In this document: positions 19,851-30,363 of the stretch, piece after piece
Layout: each line of letters starts with the position of its first letter
How positions within the stretch are numbered: position 1 is the stretch's first letter
From: a virus
IMG/VR virus record: IMGVR_UViG_3300025312_000002
Location: 1-64,000 of that record
DNA: 64,000 nt
Strand: one strand, 5' to 3'
Program-made: the position numbers and the translations under genes
The notes under the pieces: generated by a model
Database searches by the model: none
Told to the model about the DNA's origin: nothing
The model's input: only the letters and a program-made list of their open reading frames with translations

Positions 19851-20911
19851 TACAGCCTCCTTTTTGATGTTCTGTTTTGATTAAATTGTTTCTGAATACT
19901 TTCCCATAAATCAATTGTTTGCTCCCTCAGTTGTTTTTCTAGTCCCTCACTTTCTATATGTTTTATTGCACTTTCCATTGACATAAACTCTTTTGTGAAA
20001 GCATTGTATTTTGCTGCTTTTGTCATATCTTTAAAATATTGTAAATTTGATCGAACATCATCTAATCCATAGTTGAAAATTATAGAAATAGGAGCTGTTC
20101 GATAAGGCTCATCAATGGAACTTTTTGCAATTGTGCATGTGCTTTTAATCCCAATCACTTGTTTGACTTTTACTCCTGATTCAAGGGTGATTTCTTTTTC
20201 TATTTTACTTCCTTGAAATTGTGGGGTAATCTGAATTCGTAATGAAGCATAGAAAGGAAGTCCTAAACCTCCCGGAGTCACATTTCTTCCGTCTGTTCCT
20301 TGTCTGATTTGATTCGTAAAAGCTATAACCCAATTATTATTAGCAATCAATCTACAGTTTTTTCTTAATCCAGCAGATATGTCTTTTGCTCTTTTCATGC
20401 CCATCTTATCTCCTTCTCCCATTTCTAATTCAGTAGAAAGAGCCGCAATTGAATCTCCTGCAAAAAGATTAAGTACTTTTGGGTTCTTAGGCTTCCATGT
20501 TTCAATCAGACTGAAGATTTCTTCAACTGTATCGGGTCTGCTGTAATCAAAGAAGTCTTCTTGAACAATTACCCCATAAATTTGAGAATAAGCTTGATCC
20601 AGTCTTGCTTCAGGATCAGCAAACCTAACTTCACCTCCTCTCAATTGAGCTGAACCACATAATTCAGATAACACACCCGTTTTACCTGCACCTGAAGGAC
20701 CAAAGATTTCAACAAGAATCCCTCCCGGAACTCCCCCTCCTCTAACCTTCTTTCCTGAGATAGCAAGATCAAGGAGAGTGGAGCCTGTTGAGACAGTTAA
20801 ATCAAAGTTTCCCTCGTTAGGCTTAAAGTCTAAATCAGTTTTACTCTCTTCTTTGGCACTTTCTTTGATCTGCTCAATGTCAGATTTTTTCTTCTTTAGT
20901 AGGAGAGGCAT
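19850..20911 (-). CDS. recA: RecA/UvsX recombinase
   Basis: STGS..LD, EIFGPSGAGKT, DSIAAL, NQIR, TPGG..L.FYAS.R motifs. Confidence 0.92.
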   Translation of the reverse strand: MPLLLKKKKSDIEQIKESAKEESKTDLDFKPNEGNFDLTVSTGSTLLDLAISGKKVRGGGVPGGILVEIFGPSGAGKTGVLSELCGSAQLRGGEVRFADPEARLDQAYSQIYGVIVQEDFFDYSRPDTVEEIFSLIETWKPKNPKVLNLFAGDSIAALSTELEMGEGDKMGMKRAKDISAGLRKNCRLIANNNWVIAFTNQIRQGTDGRNVTPGGLGLPFYASLRIQITPQFQGSKIEKEITLESGVKVKQVIGIKSTCTIAKSSIDEPYRTAPISIIFNYGLDDVRSNLQYFKDMTKAAKYNAFTKEFMSMESAIKHIESEGLEKQLREQTIDLWESIQKQFNQNRTSKRRL

Positions 20912-21981
20912 TAGCGGCCTGGCCTTCTTCTTGGCCCTGTAGTTTCGGGTTCTTTTGTTTTAGGAGCAGGAGCTTTTGTTTTAGGTTTTGCTGCTTCGAG
21001 CAATGCTTTCTGCTTGTCTTCACAATAAAGACGGATTTCACATGTGTTGCAATCTTCAAACTCATCAAATTGCTTTCCGAACTCAACTCCTTCAAAAATA
21101 CACTCTGTCGGAAGTTCTTCTGTTGCCTCTTCTTTTACGTCAGGTTCAAAAGGAGGAACATCTTCATTATCTTCATGTCTAATTGTTTCTTCTTCTTCTG
21201 AACGAACAACAGTGCTTTCAGGCTCTTCCTGATGCAAAGCTTTGTAAACTTCTTCATAGGTCGGGATGTAGAAAAGCTCATCTAAGCAATGAGCGGACTC
21301 AAGGAGTTCATCTGTAAGAGGCTCCCTATCAAGGAAGTGGAAAGAAGTATAATCAACTTTATTCCCTGTCTTTCCTGTTTTTTTGTCTTTAAAAGTTCCT
21401 CCTTTTACTTTAAAAGAAATTGTTTTTCCGACTGTCTTGCCTGCATAATTAACAACACCTCCGCCTTTAGGAAGTTCTGCTGCTTCGTCAAGAGGCTTAC
21501 TAAAAGAAAATTGTGCAACTTCAAAAATCTGAACCCCCTTTGCTTGTTCTTTCGGAGAGTCAATAACTTCAACATTGTAAATCATTCTTCTCTTAGGATA
21601 GAAAGCATTTACTATGTCATTATCTTCTCCGTCCTCTCTAAGTTTTGCTTGGTATTCACAAACCGGACATGCTTTCTTATAGGCTCTTGCAAGGCAAATG
21701 TAGGAGTCTTTTGTTGGGCCTATATTTGTATGAACAGGAACTTCTACATAATGGACAATCTTGCCTTCTGAATGAATCGGATCAAATGCTCCTGCAATAT
21801 AGGGAATGATATTTATTTGATGTTCATCTTCTGCAAACTTTTTGATCATCTTTTCTTTTGGAGCATCATCCTTGAAAATAGTTTTATATATCCCTCCCGC
21901 ATCTTCTTTTCTTGCATGGGATTCTTTTACGCTTTCTGCTGTTCCCTGATCCCAAGCTTTGTTGTCAAATTTAGATTTCAT
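20911..21981 (-). CDS. Single-stranded DNA-binding protein (gp32-like) with C-terminal Cys4 domain
   Basis: H.N.G...C...CPVCE Zn site, acidic linker; between UvsY-like gene and recA. Confidence 0.7.
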   Translation of the reverse strand: MKSKFDNKAWDQGTAESVKESHARKEDAGGIYKTIFKDDAPKEKMIKKFAEDEHQINIIPYIAGAFDPIHSEGKIVHYVEVPVHTNIGPTKDSYICLARAYKKACPVCEYQAKLREDGEDNDIVNAFYPKRRMIYNVEVIDSPKEQAKGVQIFEVAQFSFSKPLDEAAELPKGGGVVNYAGKTVGKTISFKVKGGTFKDKKTGKTGNKVDYTSFHFLDREPLTDELLESAHCLDELFYIPTYEEVYKALHQEEPESTVVRSEEEETIRHEDNEDVPPFEPDVKEEATEELPTECIFEGVEFGKQFDEFEDCNTCEIRLYCEDKQKALLEAAKPKTKAPAPKTKEPETTGPRRRPGR

Positions 21982-22114
21982 TTTTTATGCTCCTTTTCTT
22001 CTAATTTTTTTACTTGAAAATATGCTTTAAATACTGCCCATGCTCCTATTTTGATAATTAGATAAAAACCAGATATTCCTACAATTGCATAGAAAAAATA
22101 GCCCCACTTCATAT

Positions 22115-22618
22115 TTATGCCTTTCTTTTCAGTGAAGGTTTGAGAGGTTCAGCATTTAAAGCCTCAACCTGTTTTTCCCTTGATTTTTCTGATATGTTGT
22201 CTCTAATACTTTTTCCTCTATTGGCAGAAAAATATCCTGCTGTGAAGAGTTTAGCAGTAATATCCAAAGCTCTTCCCCTTTGTTCAATAGCATCTTTTGC
22301 AGCTTGATAAAGATTGACTTCATATTGAAGATCAATTAAGTGAAGTTGTGCATCTGATACCGATTTATGAAGAGGTATCTTAGAATTGATAAATGTTTCT
22401 GTTGGCGCTTTATCAGCATCCCATCCATACTTCTCTGCATTTTTTCTAATATCAGCAGAAGCATCAGCAGTAATTACAGTTAAATTTTCTTTTGCTTTAT
22501 CTCTAGCAAGAACAGCTTGAGCATGTTTTTCCGCCCATTCATAATAAAGACTTGCTTGTTCTAAAGCTTGATCATCAAGGTTGCCCTTGTCAAGTTTAAG
22601 GCTTTCTTTTAAATCCAT
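22115..22618 (-). CDS. UvsY-like recombination mediator
   Basis: Helical protein with PTE..I motif and L...GYF end; position next to SSB/RecA. Confidence 0.55.
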   Translation of the reverse strand: MDLKESLKLDKGNLDDQALEQASLYYEWAEKHAQAVLARDKAKENLTVITADASADIRKNAEKYGWDADKAPTETFINSKIPLHKSVSDAQLHLIDLQYEVNLYQAAKDAIEQRGRALDITAKLFTAGYFSANRGKSIRDNISEKSREKQVEALNAEPLKPSLKRKA

Positions 22619-23299
22619 TTATTCTCCTCCTTCTATGTCTTCAAACACAACAGAGACACTACTTTTTAATTCTTTCAATAAAGGAATCATCAATTCTCTC
22701 ATCTGAGGATGGGCAGCTTTTGAAGTTCTCTGTTTTAGAATAAGTCTCCATTCTCTTAAATTTGCCGTTATTACTAGTTCTGTTTTTAATGAGTTAGGAA
22801 GAACAGCTCTAGCTTGTTGAGGAAGCCAGTTATATTTTAAAAGAGATAAATAAAGCTCCTCCGCTTTAACCATAGCTTCTAACCATATAGAATCTTGAAA
22901 ATATGTAGGATATGAGCTGTATTCTTTTTCAGGAACTTTTTGTAAGAAATCTTTTTTGTAAAGACCTTCAGAAAGATTACTCCATTGAGGGATAATAAAT
23001 GTAACTCCTCCGTTATAATCACAATATCTTGTACTTTCCTGAGAAAAGGAACAAAGTCTATGCCGCACAAGTTCATGTGAAACTCCACGATCACAAATGA
23101 ATTTGATTGAAAGAAATTCATGTTCAATTACAGACTCATGTCCTGATTTAATTATTTTTCTTACAAACTCTTTTGCAGAACTAGAAGTTATACTCTTCTC
23201 AGATTTATAACAAATCCTTCCTGCTCTTTCAATATTTTCGAGAATTGTTGAAGAGTCAATGCCTGTTAAAATCTTATAATTTGGTTTTATTAAGAACAT
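22619..23299 (-). CDS. thyX: FAD-dependent thymidylate synthase
   Basis: GHESVIEH, ELVRHR..SFSQESTRY, ARAVLP, NLREW. Confidence 0.95.
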   Translation of the reverse strand: MFLIKPNYKILTGIDSSTILENIERAGRICYKSEKSITSSSAKEFVRKIIKSGHESVIEHEFLSIKFICDRGVSHELVRHRLCSFSQESTRYCDYNGGVTFIIPQWSNLSEGLYKKDFLQKVPEKEYSSYPTYFQDSIWLEAMVKAEELYLSLLKYNWLPQQARAVLPNSLKTELVITANLREWRLILKQRTSKAAHPQMRELMIPLLKELKSSVSVVFEDIEGGE

Positions 23300-23402
23300 T
23301 TATTTTTCCTTCCCCACAGAAAATAGAGCTGTTATACAAATCCCTATTCCCATCCCTAAATAAAATGCAAGTATCATCCAGTTCCAATGAAGCATAATTA
23401 CC

Positions 23403-24362
23403 TCATATTTTACAAGCATAGTAAAACGATCTGATCATTCCAGACTTTCCTAAATAAAACCAAGAATCAGTGAAACATCCTAACAGTTCAGCTACCCGAT
23501 CATCTGAGGAACGATTAAGTAAAACAGCACCCAAATATCCTAATGTAGAACGCCTTACTTTCTCAGGCTCAAGATCAATTTCTTTAATGGTTGCTCGTAT
23601 TCTATCCCATTTCCCTGTTGATTTAGTCTCAAGCAGGATTTGAAACACTTCTTTCAGCTCTTTAATATCATCAGCAATAAAGGAACTGACAGCCTCAACA
23701 GCTTCTTGTTCATCAGTAATATCTATAACCTGATCTAGAATAACCAATGCTTGTCTTGGACTTCCTTCTGAAGCCTGAATAATTTTATCAATGACTTTTC
23801 CTGAAAAATCATCAATTCCTTCTCCAACAACAACATCATTGAGAAATTGTTTCATTGTGTTATTCAGTAAAGGATGAACTTGATATGTAGAACATCGTGT
23901 ATGGATTGTTTTTAAGAGTTTTTCAGGTTCCGTTGTACAAAGAATAAAGAAAACATGAGACGGGGCATCCTCAAGAAGTTTGAGTAAAGAGTTCTGGAAA
24001 TCAACAGTTGTTCTGTGAACTTCGTCCAGAATATAGACTTTTACACTTCCTGAAGAAGGAGCATATCTGCAATTCTGATCTATTTCCCGAACTGTATCAA
24101 TCCCTCTCATGTTAGCAGTATTGTATTCAAAAAGATCATCAGGACCACATTTTAAAAGAGAAGCAATGATTCTTCCAAAGGTAGTTTTCCCGCACCCACT
24201 TGGGCCGGTAAACAGGTAAGCATGAGGGAAATCTGACTTCCTTGCAAAGATTGAAGCCAAGGAAGTCTTGATTGAATCATTTCCATAAACTTCTTCTAAT
24301 GAAGAAGGACGTAATGAAATGTGCAAAGGCATATTACTTTCCCTCTTCTTCTTTGGGCTCAA
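23403..24362 (-). CDS. Clamp loader, DnaX (gamma/tau)-like AAA+ ATPase
   Basis: RP..L.EV.G, GPSGCGKTT, ILDEVH, N.LLK.LE, T..RC motifs; likely start at MPLH. Confidence 0.88.
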   Translation of the reverse strand: MSPKKKRESNMPLHISLRPSSLEEVYGNDSIKTSLASIFARKSDFPHAYLFTGPSGCGKTTFGRIIASLLKCGPDDLFEYNTANMRGIDTVREIDQNCRYAPSSGSVKVYILDEVHRTTVDFQNSLLKLLEDAPSHVFFILCTTEPEKLLKTIHTRCSTYQVHPLLNNTMKQFLNDVVVGEGIDDFSGKVIDKIIQASEGSPRQALVILDQVIDITDEQEAVEAVSSFIADDIKELKEVFQILLETKSTGKWDRIRATIKEIDLEPEKVRRSTLGYLGAVLLNRSSDDRVAELLGCFTDSWFYLGKSGMIRSFYYACKI

Positions 24363-24801
24363 TAAACACTACAATGCACTCAACCTCATTCATACTCGCT
24401 GCGGAAAGAGTGTTTTCAGGAAAGGTAGCAAGATCAATGATGATCTTTTTGAAAGGAAGTTCAGCTTCTTCTTTTAAAAGAACTGTAAATTCTTCTTCAA
24501 ATTTTATTCTTTCTGCATCGGGAATAACAAAAGAGCCGTTCTTTTCTTTTTTAGGTTTTCCATTCTCGTCTTTTTCTGAAATTATGTTTAATCGTTCCAT
24601 TCGTAATTCTTCAATAGTTTTTGTTATTGAAATTAACTCATTCCTAAAACGTCTGAGCCAATACTTAATAGAAGCAGGAATTACTTCATTGTTAACCAAA
24701 GAATTAAATCCCCTGCTATTCATTAAAGCAATAACTTCTCCCTTTGTTAGTGTAACATCTTGAAACTGTGGAACTTCAATAACATTTGATTTTTTAGTCA
24801 T
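24334..24801 (-). CDS. Hypothetical phage protein
   Basis: GGAGG RBS, own promoter, KDENGKP motif. Confidence 0.6.
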   Translation of the reverse strand: MTKKSNVIEVPQFQDVTLTKGEVIALMNSRGFNSLVNNEVIPASIKYWLRRFRNELISITKTIEELRMERLNIISEKDENGKPKKEKNGSFVIPDAERIKFEEEFTVLLKEEAELPFKKIIIDLATFPENTLSAASMNEVECIVVFIEPKEEEGK

Positions 24802-24807
24802 AGCTTC

Positions 24808-24851
24808 CTCCTTTTATTTTTAATATAACACATTTTCCTAAAAACTGTAAA
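24808..24851 (-). promoter_or_regulatory. Leftward promoter + RBS, copy 1 of a 44-bp exact duplication
   Basis: TTTACA...TGT-TATATT...AAGGAG; identical to 38103-38146. Confidence 0.7.
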
Positions 24852-24856
24852 AATAC

Positions 24857-27445
24857 TTACATTTTAAGTTCTTTTTCATGGTACCAGCTCTCATCAATTT
24901 CGGTGATCGAAAACTCAATTTCTAAAGGTACAATTATCCAAGGAAATACTTTTCTAATCCTTATGGTTGCTACTTCTATTGATAAAGCAACTATTTCTTC
25001 CTGTTCTTCTGGAACTAAATCATAAATACAACAATCATGGATTTGTGCAATTATCTTAGTTTTTAACCTCCTTTTCTTTATTTCTTCAGCAATTTCAATT
25101 ATAGACCAAAGCAGTCTATGAAAGGCCGTGCCTTGAAAACGGTAATTAATTATTTCATTTTTACCTAAATACCCTCCTACCCTGAATCCGTCAAACATTT
25201 CAACGAGACCTGTATTAGCAAACTCTTTTATTGCCTGATCTTGCCACTTCTTAAACACATTGAATTTAATCCAGTAATTTTTTTCAACCTTCTTAACATG
25301 ATCTTCAAACTGCTGATAAGTCAAAATTCCTTTGGAATTTAAATGTTGAAAAAGAGAAGTTCCGTCAACTAATTTAAGCTTAGGAACTTCAGCCCAAAGA
25401 GTCTTGGCTGTACTAACATAGTATGATCCATAGAATTCAGGAAATACAAATCCGTTCTTTGCATAAAATCTTATGTCTTTAGAAACTTGCTTTTGATTGA
25501 GTTTAAACAATTCTGCTGCCGTATCTCTGTGCATATCTGTTGAAGGATCATTAATATAAGCAATTAATGTTGGGTCTTTCGTGTAACATGCTGCTGTCCT
25601 GACTTCAATTGATCCATAATCCCAATCTAATAATTTATTTCCTTTACTTGGAATAATCCCTAACCTAGTAACTTGTTTAGCTTCTTCATCTCTTACTGGA
25701 ATGTTTTGCCAGTTGGGAGAATCTGCACTTGAGCGAAAAGTAATGGGAATATGCAGATTGAAAAAAGGTCTGATTCGATCATCATCGTTAATTTCCTTGA
25801 GGAATAAACCTACATAGTCTCTCATTTTCTTAATTCTACGCTTTGCAAGGATTATTTTAGCAATTGGATGATTGATTTCATTGACTGCTGTCTTATCTGT
25901 TGCATCTAAGCCTGTTGTTGTTTTGTTCTTGGAAGCTAATTTCATTACAGTGAAGAAAAGTTTTCGTAAATCAGTTGTTGACTCAAAATCAAGCTCTTTG
26001 TGAAGCATTGTTTCGAACTGTTGAACTTCAGGAAATTTCCTTAGCTCCTGCTCTTTCTCTTTTAGCTGTTCAGTCAAATCAAGAAATTCTTGGGAGTAAT
26101 ATCTTGTGTTTGCATTTATGCCTGTAATTTGAATATCTGCAAATAAATCTAAACCTTTCTGGAAAAACTGCCTTGCTGATTCTTGCTTCGGATGTCTCTC
26201 AAAAAACTCTTTTTGTTTATTAAAAAGCCATTTAGTCATTAATGAATCTGTTGCAGAATAAAGCAAGAGTTCATCAACAGGAGCTTCCATTACTTTATTA
26301 AATCCTTTAGTATCAGTTGTTTCCAAATACTTCTTGATTGATTTACTATAATCATCAATCCCAAAGTTTATGTATGCTTGGAATTTTAAACTTGTTCCTT
26401 TCTGAGGATCAATAATATGAGCAGAATTCATTGTGCAATAATCCAAATTGCTTATCTTAGGAATTTTGAACACCCATCTACTCCATACAGATTCAAATTT
26501 ACTGTTGGCTGCTATCTTTTTTATATCAGGATCAAGTAGTATTTTTATCCAAAGATCAGTAATAGTTTTAAATTCTTTAAAGTGCCAAGGATGTTTAAAA
26601 TGATCATAGAGAAAAGAAAAAGCATACTCGTCATTATCACAACCTGAAATAGCAGCAATTGTATGTCCTTCATTGAATGGTTTTAGCCCTGTTGTTTCAT
26701 AATCAAAAGAAAAGTGTTCAGGCTTTTCTTTTAATATGATTTCTAGGATGTCTGTAATGTCAGCAAAGGACTTTAAAGGGAAAAGGTAGTCAAGGTAAGG
26801 CTTGTGTTCAAAAGGCTCTAATTTAGTTCCTCTCACAGCAAAATCTAAATCTCTATTGAATACCCCATTTGTTACAGGATCATTTTCATTCCTAAGCAAA
26901 TAGGAAGGATGATACATCGGGAAAATGTATGCCCCTGTCTTTTTATCAGGGATACAAAGATTTCTCCAATTCCCAACTTCCAAATCAGAAAATCTATCTA
27001 GGAAAGTAGATTCTAAAGCAGACTTCCCAAACAAGAAAATATAATCAGGCTTCAGTTCTTTAATAGATTTATCAATTTTATCTTTACAGCATTTGATTTC
27101 CTGCTTTGTTGGTTTTCTATTCTCTCCATTTTCTGTGACTCGGCAGCGAATGGAATTGTCTTTCCAACAATCTAAATCTAAATCTATTCCTCTTTCAGCT
27201 AATCTTTCTCTTAGTAATTGACCTGCTCTCCCAACTAATTGAGTGTTCTGCTTGCTTTCAGTTTCTCCAGGAGCTTCACAAAGCATATAGATTTTCTTAG
27301 CCCCTTTTCCAGATACAGGCATTCTAGGATTGATACAGCTTTTATAAGCTCCACATTTAATACAAGCATCTTCAACAATGTTCTTCCCGACATTCATTTC
27401 AGCAAGATCATCATTGTCAAAAAAGCCTCTTCTAACAATTGTCAT
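24857..27445 (-). CDS. polA: Family A DNA polymerase with N-terminal family-4 uracil-DNA glycosylase domain
   Basis: C..C...C, EAPG..E, YHPSYLLR (UDG); DYETTG exonuclease; PNWQNIP, DYGSIEVR, R..AK...F...YG, QIHD. Confidence 0.93.
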   Translation of the reverse strand: MTIVRRGFFDNDDLAEMNVGKNIVEDACIKCGAYKSCINPRMPVSGKGAKKIYMLCEAPGETESKQNTQLVGRAGQLLRERLAERGIDLDLDCWKDNSIRCRVTENGENRKPTKQEIKCCKDKIDKSIKELKPDYIFLFGKSALESTFLDRFSDLEVGNWRNLCIPDKKTGAYIFPMYHPSYLLRNENDPVTNGVFNRDLDFAVRGTKLEPFEHKPYLDYLFPLKSFADITDILEIILKEKPEHFSFDYETTGLKPFNEGHTIAAISGCDNDEYAFSFLYDHFKHPWHFKEFKTITDLWIKILLDPDIKKIAANSKFESVWSRWVFKIPKISNLDYCTMNSAHIIDPQKGTSLKFQAYINFGIDDYSKSIKKYLETTDTKGFNKVMEAPVDELLLYSATDSLMTKWLFNKQKEFFERHPKQESARQFFQKGLDLFADIQITGINANTRYYSQEFLDLTEQLKEKEQELRKFPEVQQFETMLHKELDFESTTDLRKLFFTVMKLASKNKTTTGLDATDKTAVNEINHPIAKIILAKRRIKKMRDYVGLFLKEINDDDRIRPFFNLHIPITFRSSADSPNWQNIPVRDEEAKQVTRLGIIPSKGNKLLDWDYGSIEVRTAACYTKDPTLIAYINDPSTDMHRDTAAELFKLNQKQVSKDIRFYAKNGFVFPEFYGSYYVSTAKTLWAEVPKLKLVDGTSLFQHLNSKGILTYQQFEDHVKKVEKNYWIKFNVFKKWQDQAIKEFANTGLVEMFDGFRVGGYLGKNEIINYRFQGTAFHRLLWSIIEIAEEIKKRRLKTKIIAQIHDCCIYDLVPEEQEEIVALSIEVATIRIRKVFPWIIVPLEIEFSITEIDESWYHEKELKM

Positions 27446-28491
27446 TAATCCTCCAAGGGCAACATGATTATGTGGGAAAACCCGTCAGATTGAAATAAAG
27501 CACAAGTATCAGACAAAATCATTGAGGTTGTTTTTGAGAGAACTTGAGCAAGGAATATCGGATTAACAAGAAATTGAATTGCTGCCCCTTTATATTTGAA
27601 GTCAAGTTTCTTTTCAATCCATCCAGTTTGTTTCTCTGCTCTACAGATAATTTTGTTCTTGTCAATCTTAATAGAGATTGTTTTATTCATATCAACATCT
27701 CCATCACTTAGGAAGGTGATAGAATTTAGCGTTTCTGCGAGTTCTGAGGGCAGTTCTATAGGAGTTCCTTGAATATTGAACCTCTTTCTTAGGTTTTTAA
27801 AAGTCCCTAGTATTTTCTTCGCTGAGAAGGTTACATCATCTGCTGTTTTAAAATGTATCCAATTATCAGATTCACAATAATGAGTTAGATTTGTAAATTT
27901 GACAAGCTCTTGAACATCTTTTACCGGAATAAGGAATTCAGGCATTTCACCTGAAATAACTGCCCATGAAGCTCGAATACTATCCGAGGAAAATATATTT
28001 TCCTCCTTCACATAAATACAAGAGAGAGTTCCCATTGACAAATCTTTAGCAGCAGAAAACATACACAGGTATAAGCCCTGAATAAAATCTTCAGGAAGTT
28101 CAGCCCATTCATTCATTTCCTTTTTGAGATTGTTGACAAGTTTTTCAACTTTATCCTTATCATCAAGCAAGGTAGGCATACCGGCACTTGTGCTTTCAGA
28201 AGTGATTGTGAGCTGATCATCTTCAAGTGTGAAATTCAATTCACCTGCTTCAGTACCAGATATGATCTTGTAGAATTCATCTCCTTTAACAGAAAAAGAA
28301 ACTCTTTCATCAGCATCTTTTCCTATTTCAAAAGGGTGGATAATTGCAATCTGATCTGAAAAAGTAGCAACATCATCACCGAGAAACATAAAGTGAGTTG
28401 ATTGTTCTACAATACCCTTAGAAGCTAATCCAGGCTTTAATTTCTGTAATGTGCCAAATAGTTCATTTCGATCAATTTTAAAAGCGTTCAT
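27445..28491 (-). CDS. DNA polymerase sliding clamp (beta-like)
   Basis: 348 aa; SSD..R, NP.FL...L, HIIMLP patterns; adjacent to polymerase and clamp loader. Confidence 0.75.
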   Translation of the reverse strand: MNAFKIDRNELFGTLQKLKPGLASKGIVEQSTHFMFLGDDVATFSDQIAIIHPFEIGKDADERVSFSVKGDEFYKIISGTEAGELNFTLEDDQLTITSESTSAGMPTLLDDKDKVEKLVNNLKKEMNEWAELPEDFIQGLYLCMFSAAKDLSMGTLSCIYVKEENIFSSDSIRASWAVISGEMPEFLIPVKDVQELVKFTNLTHYCESDNWIHFKTADDVTFSAKKILGTFKNLRKRFNIQGTPIELPSELAETLNSITFLSDGDVDMNKTISIKIDKNKIICRAEKQTGWIEKKLDFKYKGAAIQFLVNPIFLAQVLSKTTSMILSDTCALFQSDGFSHIIMLPLED

Positions 28492-28730
28492 TTGTTCTCC
28501 TTAATTAAGTGTAGGATTTCCAGAACTATTTTCTTCATCATATACGTCATTTTCTTGTTTTACTAAATCAGCAATGAGATTATGAGCTACGTTAGTTATA
28601 AACTCACGGCTGAAGTATCCGTCTGAATAAACATCAAATGTATCATTGTCTTTGTCTATTCCTACAGCAACTATAAAATTATCAACTTCTGCGGTTTCTA
28701 ATAACCCTCGAATTTTTGTAAGAACTTCAC

Positions 28731-28928
28731 TTACTTATTTAACCTCTTTTTTAAAATCAGTTTCTTTTGTAAAGCAATTCCGATTTCTGCTTCTTCTCGA
28801 TGGTAGAAAGTAACAAGTCTATGATACTCACAACCGTAATCTTTGATCTTTTTAATCAATTTCTTTTCCTCAGCAGGATTTGAAAGAGAGGGGAAATTGC
28901 CGGACAAAAACAGGATGATTTTACTCAC
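28731..28928 (-). CDS. Small hypothetical protein
   Basis: Coupled to HNH gene; ILFLSG...RLVTFY. Confidence 0.5.
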   Translation of the reverse strand: MSKIILFLSGNFPSLSNPAEEKKLIKKIKDYGCEYHRLVTFYHREEAEIGIALQKKLILKKRLNK

Positions 28929-29569
28929 CTCCTTTTAATTAAATTAGGCTTAGCAAATTTTCCGAATAACTCTTTCGCTTTTTTATTATAAGCAAGTCCG
29001 GCTTCTTCTTTTGTATCAAAATAACCCAAATGAAACCTATGATGATTAAAATAGATTTGTGCCATCCATCTACTTGTTTTTCCAGGGTTTACATACCATG
29101 TTACACCTCTAAGTCCTGATGTATTATTATTTTGCATTTTCTTTTTTAGTTGATTTTGTTGCATAGTACAGATTTGTAAATTATTACTCCGTCTATTGTT
29201 TAACGTATTTCCATCAATATGATCAACACACATCATTCTTGAAGGTTTAAAACCCATTAAAAATGTATTTAAATGACCTACTTCATTATTCATTACTCTT
29301 TCATTACCATAACTATCTGTATATTGACACCATTTATAAGGTTTACATTTTTCATAATCTTCAGCATCTATAATAGCTTCACCTTTTGGATTAGAATATT
29401 TATCATATAAAATAATTCTACAAATATCTCCCTCAATAATAAATTCGTTTGGATCTCTATTGTTCCTTGTTCTTGTTTCACCATACCTTTTAAATTGATT
29501 TGCATGTCTTTTACAAAAACCATGAACTAAATGTTTTTCATTACATCCTTCAACTATGCATACTCTCAT
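28925..29569 (-). CDS. HNH homing endonuclease with AP2 domain
   Basis: C.V.GC...G.C..H, VDHIDGNTLNNR, NNTSG.RGV, HLGYF...EA..AYN. Confidence 0.9.
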   Translation of the reverse strand: MRVCIVEGCNEKHLVHGFCKRHANQFKRYGETRTRNNRDPNEFIIEGDICRIILYDKYSNPKGEAIIDAEDYEKCKPYKWCQYTDSYGNERVMNNEVGHLNTFLMGFKPSRMMCVDHIDGNTLNNRRSNNLQICTMQQNQLKKKMQNNNTSGLRGVTWYVNPGKTSRWMAQIYFNHHRFHLGYFDTKEEAGLAYNKKAKELFGKFAKPNLIKRR

Positions 29570-29592
29570 AAGAAAATTCCTCCTTATGAAAA

Positions 29593-29621
29593 ATGATACA
29601 GGAAAGAAAATTGTTTGTCAA
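29593..29621 (-). promoter_or_regulatory. Sigma70-type promoter upstream of HNH gene
   Basis: TTGACA-N17-TATCAT on the minus strand. Confidence 0.6.
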
Positions 29622-29659
29622 GAAATAATATTACCTATTTTATAACAAAATTATTGTAA

Positions 29660-29857
29660 TCACCTTCCTTTCTTAGTTTTCTTTACTTTTGGAAACAATC
29701 TTCTGATCGTTCCTTTTTCATCAACTTTATAATTTCGATCTGAAGCTATTAACATGTTTGGATCTTTTTCTGAAGGCTTCATAAGGAAAACAGCTTTATT
29801 CCTATTAATAGTTCGTCCATCATCAAGTGTGATTATATCAATTTGAGCAGATTTCAT
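29660..29857 (-). CDS. Hypothetical protein
   Basis: AGGAG RBS, co-directional. Confidence 0.55.
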   Translation of the reverse strand: MKSAQIDIITLDDGRTINRNKAVFLMKPSEKDPNMLIASDRNYKVDEKGTIRRLFPKVKKTKKGR

Positions 29858-29859
29858 AT

Positions 29860-30198
29860 TTAATCTCCTGTAACGTATGCTCCGTTTTCACCGTCTTCAT
29901 TACACTCAACTTTTACAACAGGCATATCACATACTTGTAAAAAATAAAAGATTTCAGCAGCTACCATTTCACAAGATTTTTGTCCTAAATTATTTTTGTA
30001 TTCGTAATGGATATGCCAATCAAGAAGTTTTTTCTCCTGAAAAAACTCAATTTCCCGATCATTATGTTTGACTTCAAAATCAACTCGTACATGAAAAATA
30101 TGTCTATGAGGGTTTTTAAGGAAAGCAACATCATCAGGAGCATCTTTCCAATAATGTGTAGCAATGAATTGTGTTTGGATGTAGATAAAAGTGCTCAT
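29860..30198 (-). CDS. QueD paralogue, DpdL-like (putative CDG decarboxylase)
   Basis: T-fold features with LxxxHRHxF (LKNPHRHIF), SCE..A and EDGENGA; start at MSTF after AAGGA RBS. Confidence 0.7.
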   Translation of the reverse strand: MSTFIYIQTQFIATHYWKDAPDDVAFLKNPHRHIFHVRVDFEVKHNDREIEFFQEKKLLDWHIHYEYKNNLGQKSCEMVAAEIFYFLQVCDMPVVKVECNEDGENGAYVTGD

Positions 30199-30363
30199 AT
30201 ATTCCTTTCTAAACAATAGAAAATGAATTATTTTTGTGATTAATATCAATTGATGCATCTTCTAAATCGTCTGTGTCGAATCCACAATTAATGTCAATAT
30301 ATTCAATTTTCATATCGTTTGTTACTCCCTTTTCTTCAAGAGCTTTTTTAAATTGTCCCCATG

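Noticed and set aside
28501-28733. Open frame without a standard start codon downstream of the 28731 ORF
   Set aside because: No ATG/GTG/TTG near the RBS-like sequence and no recognisable motif; cannot be supported as a gene
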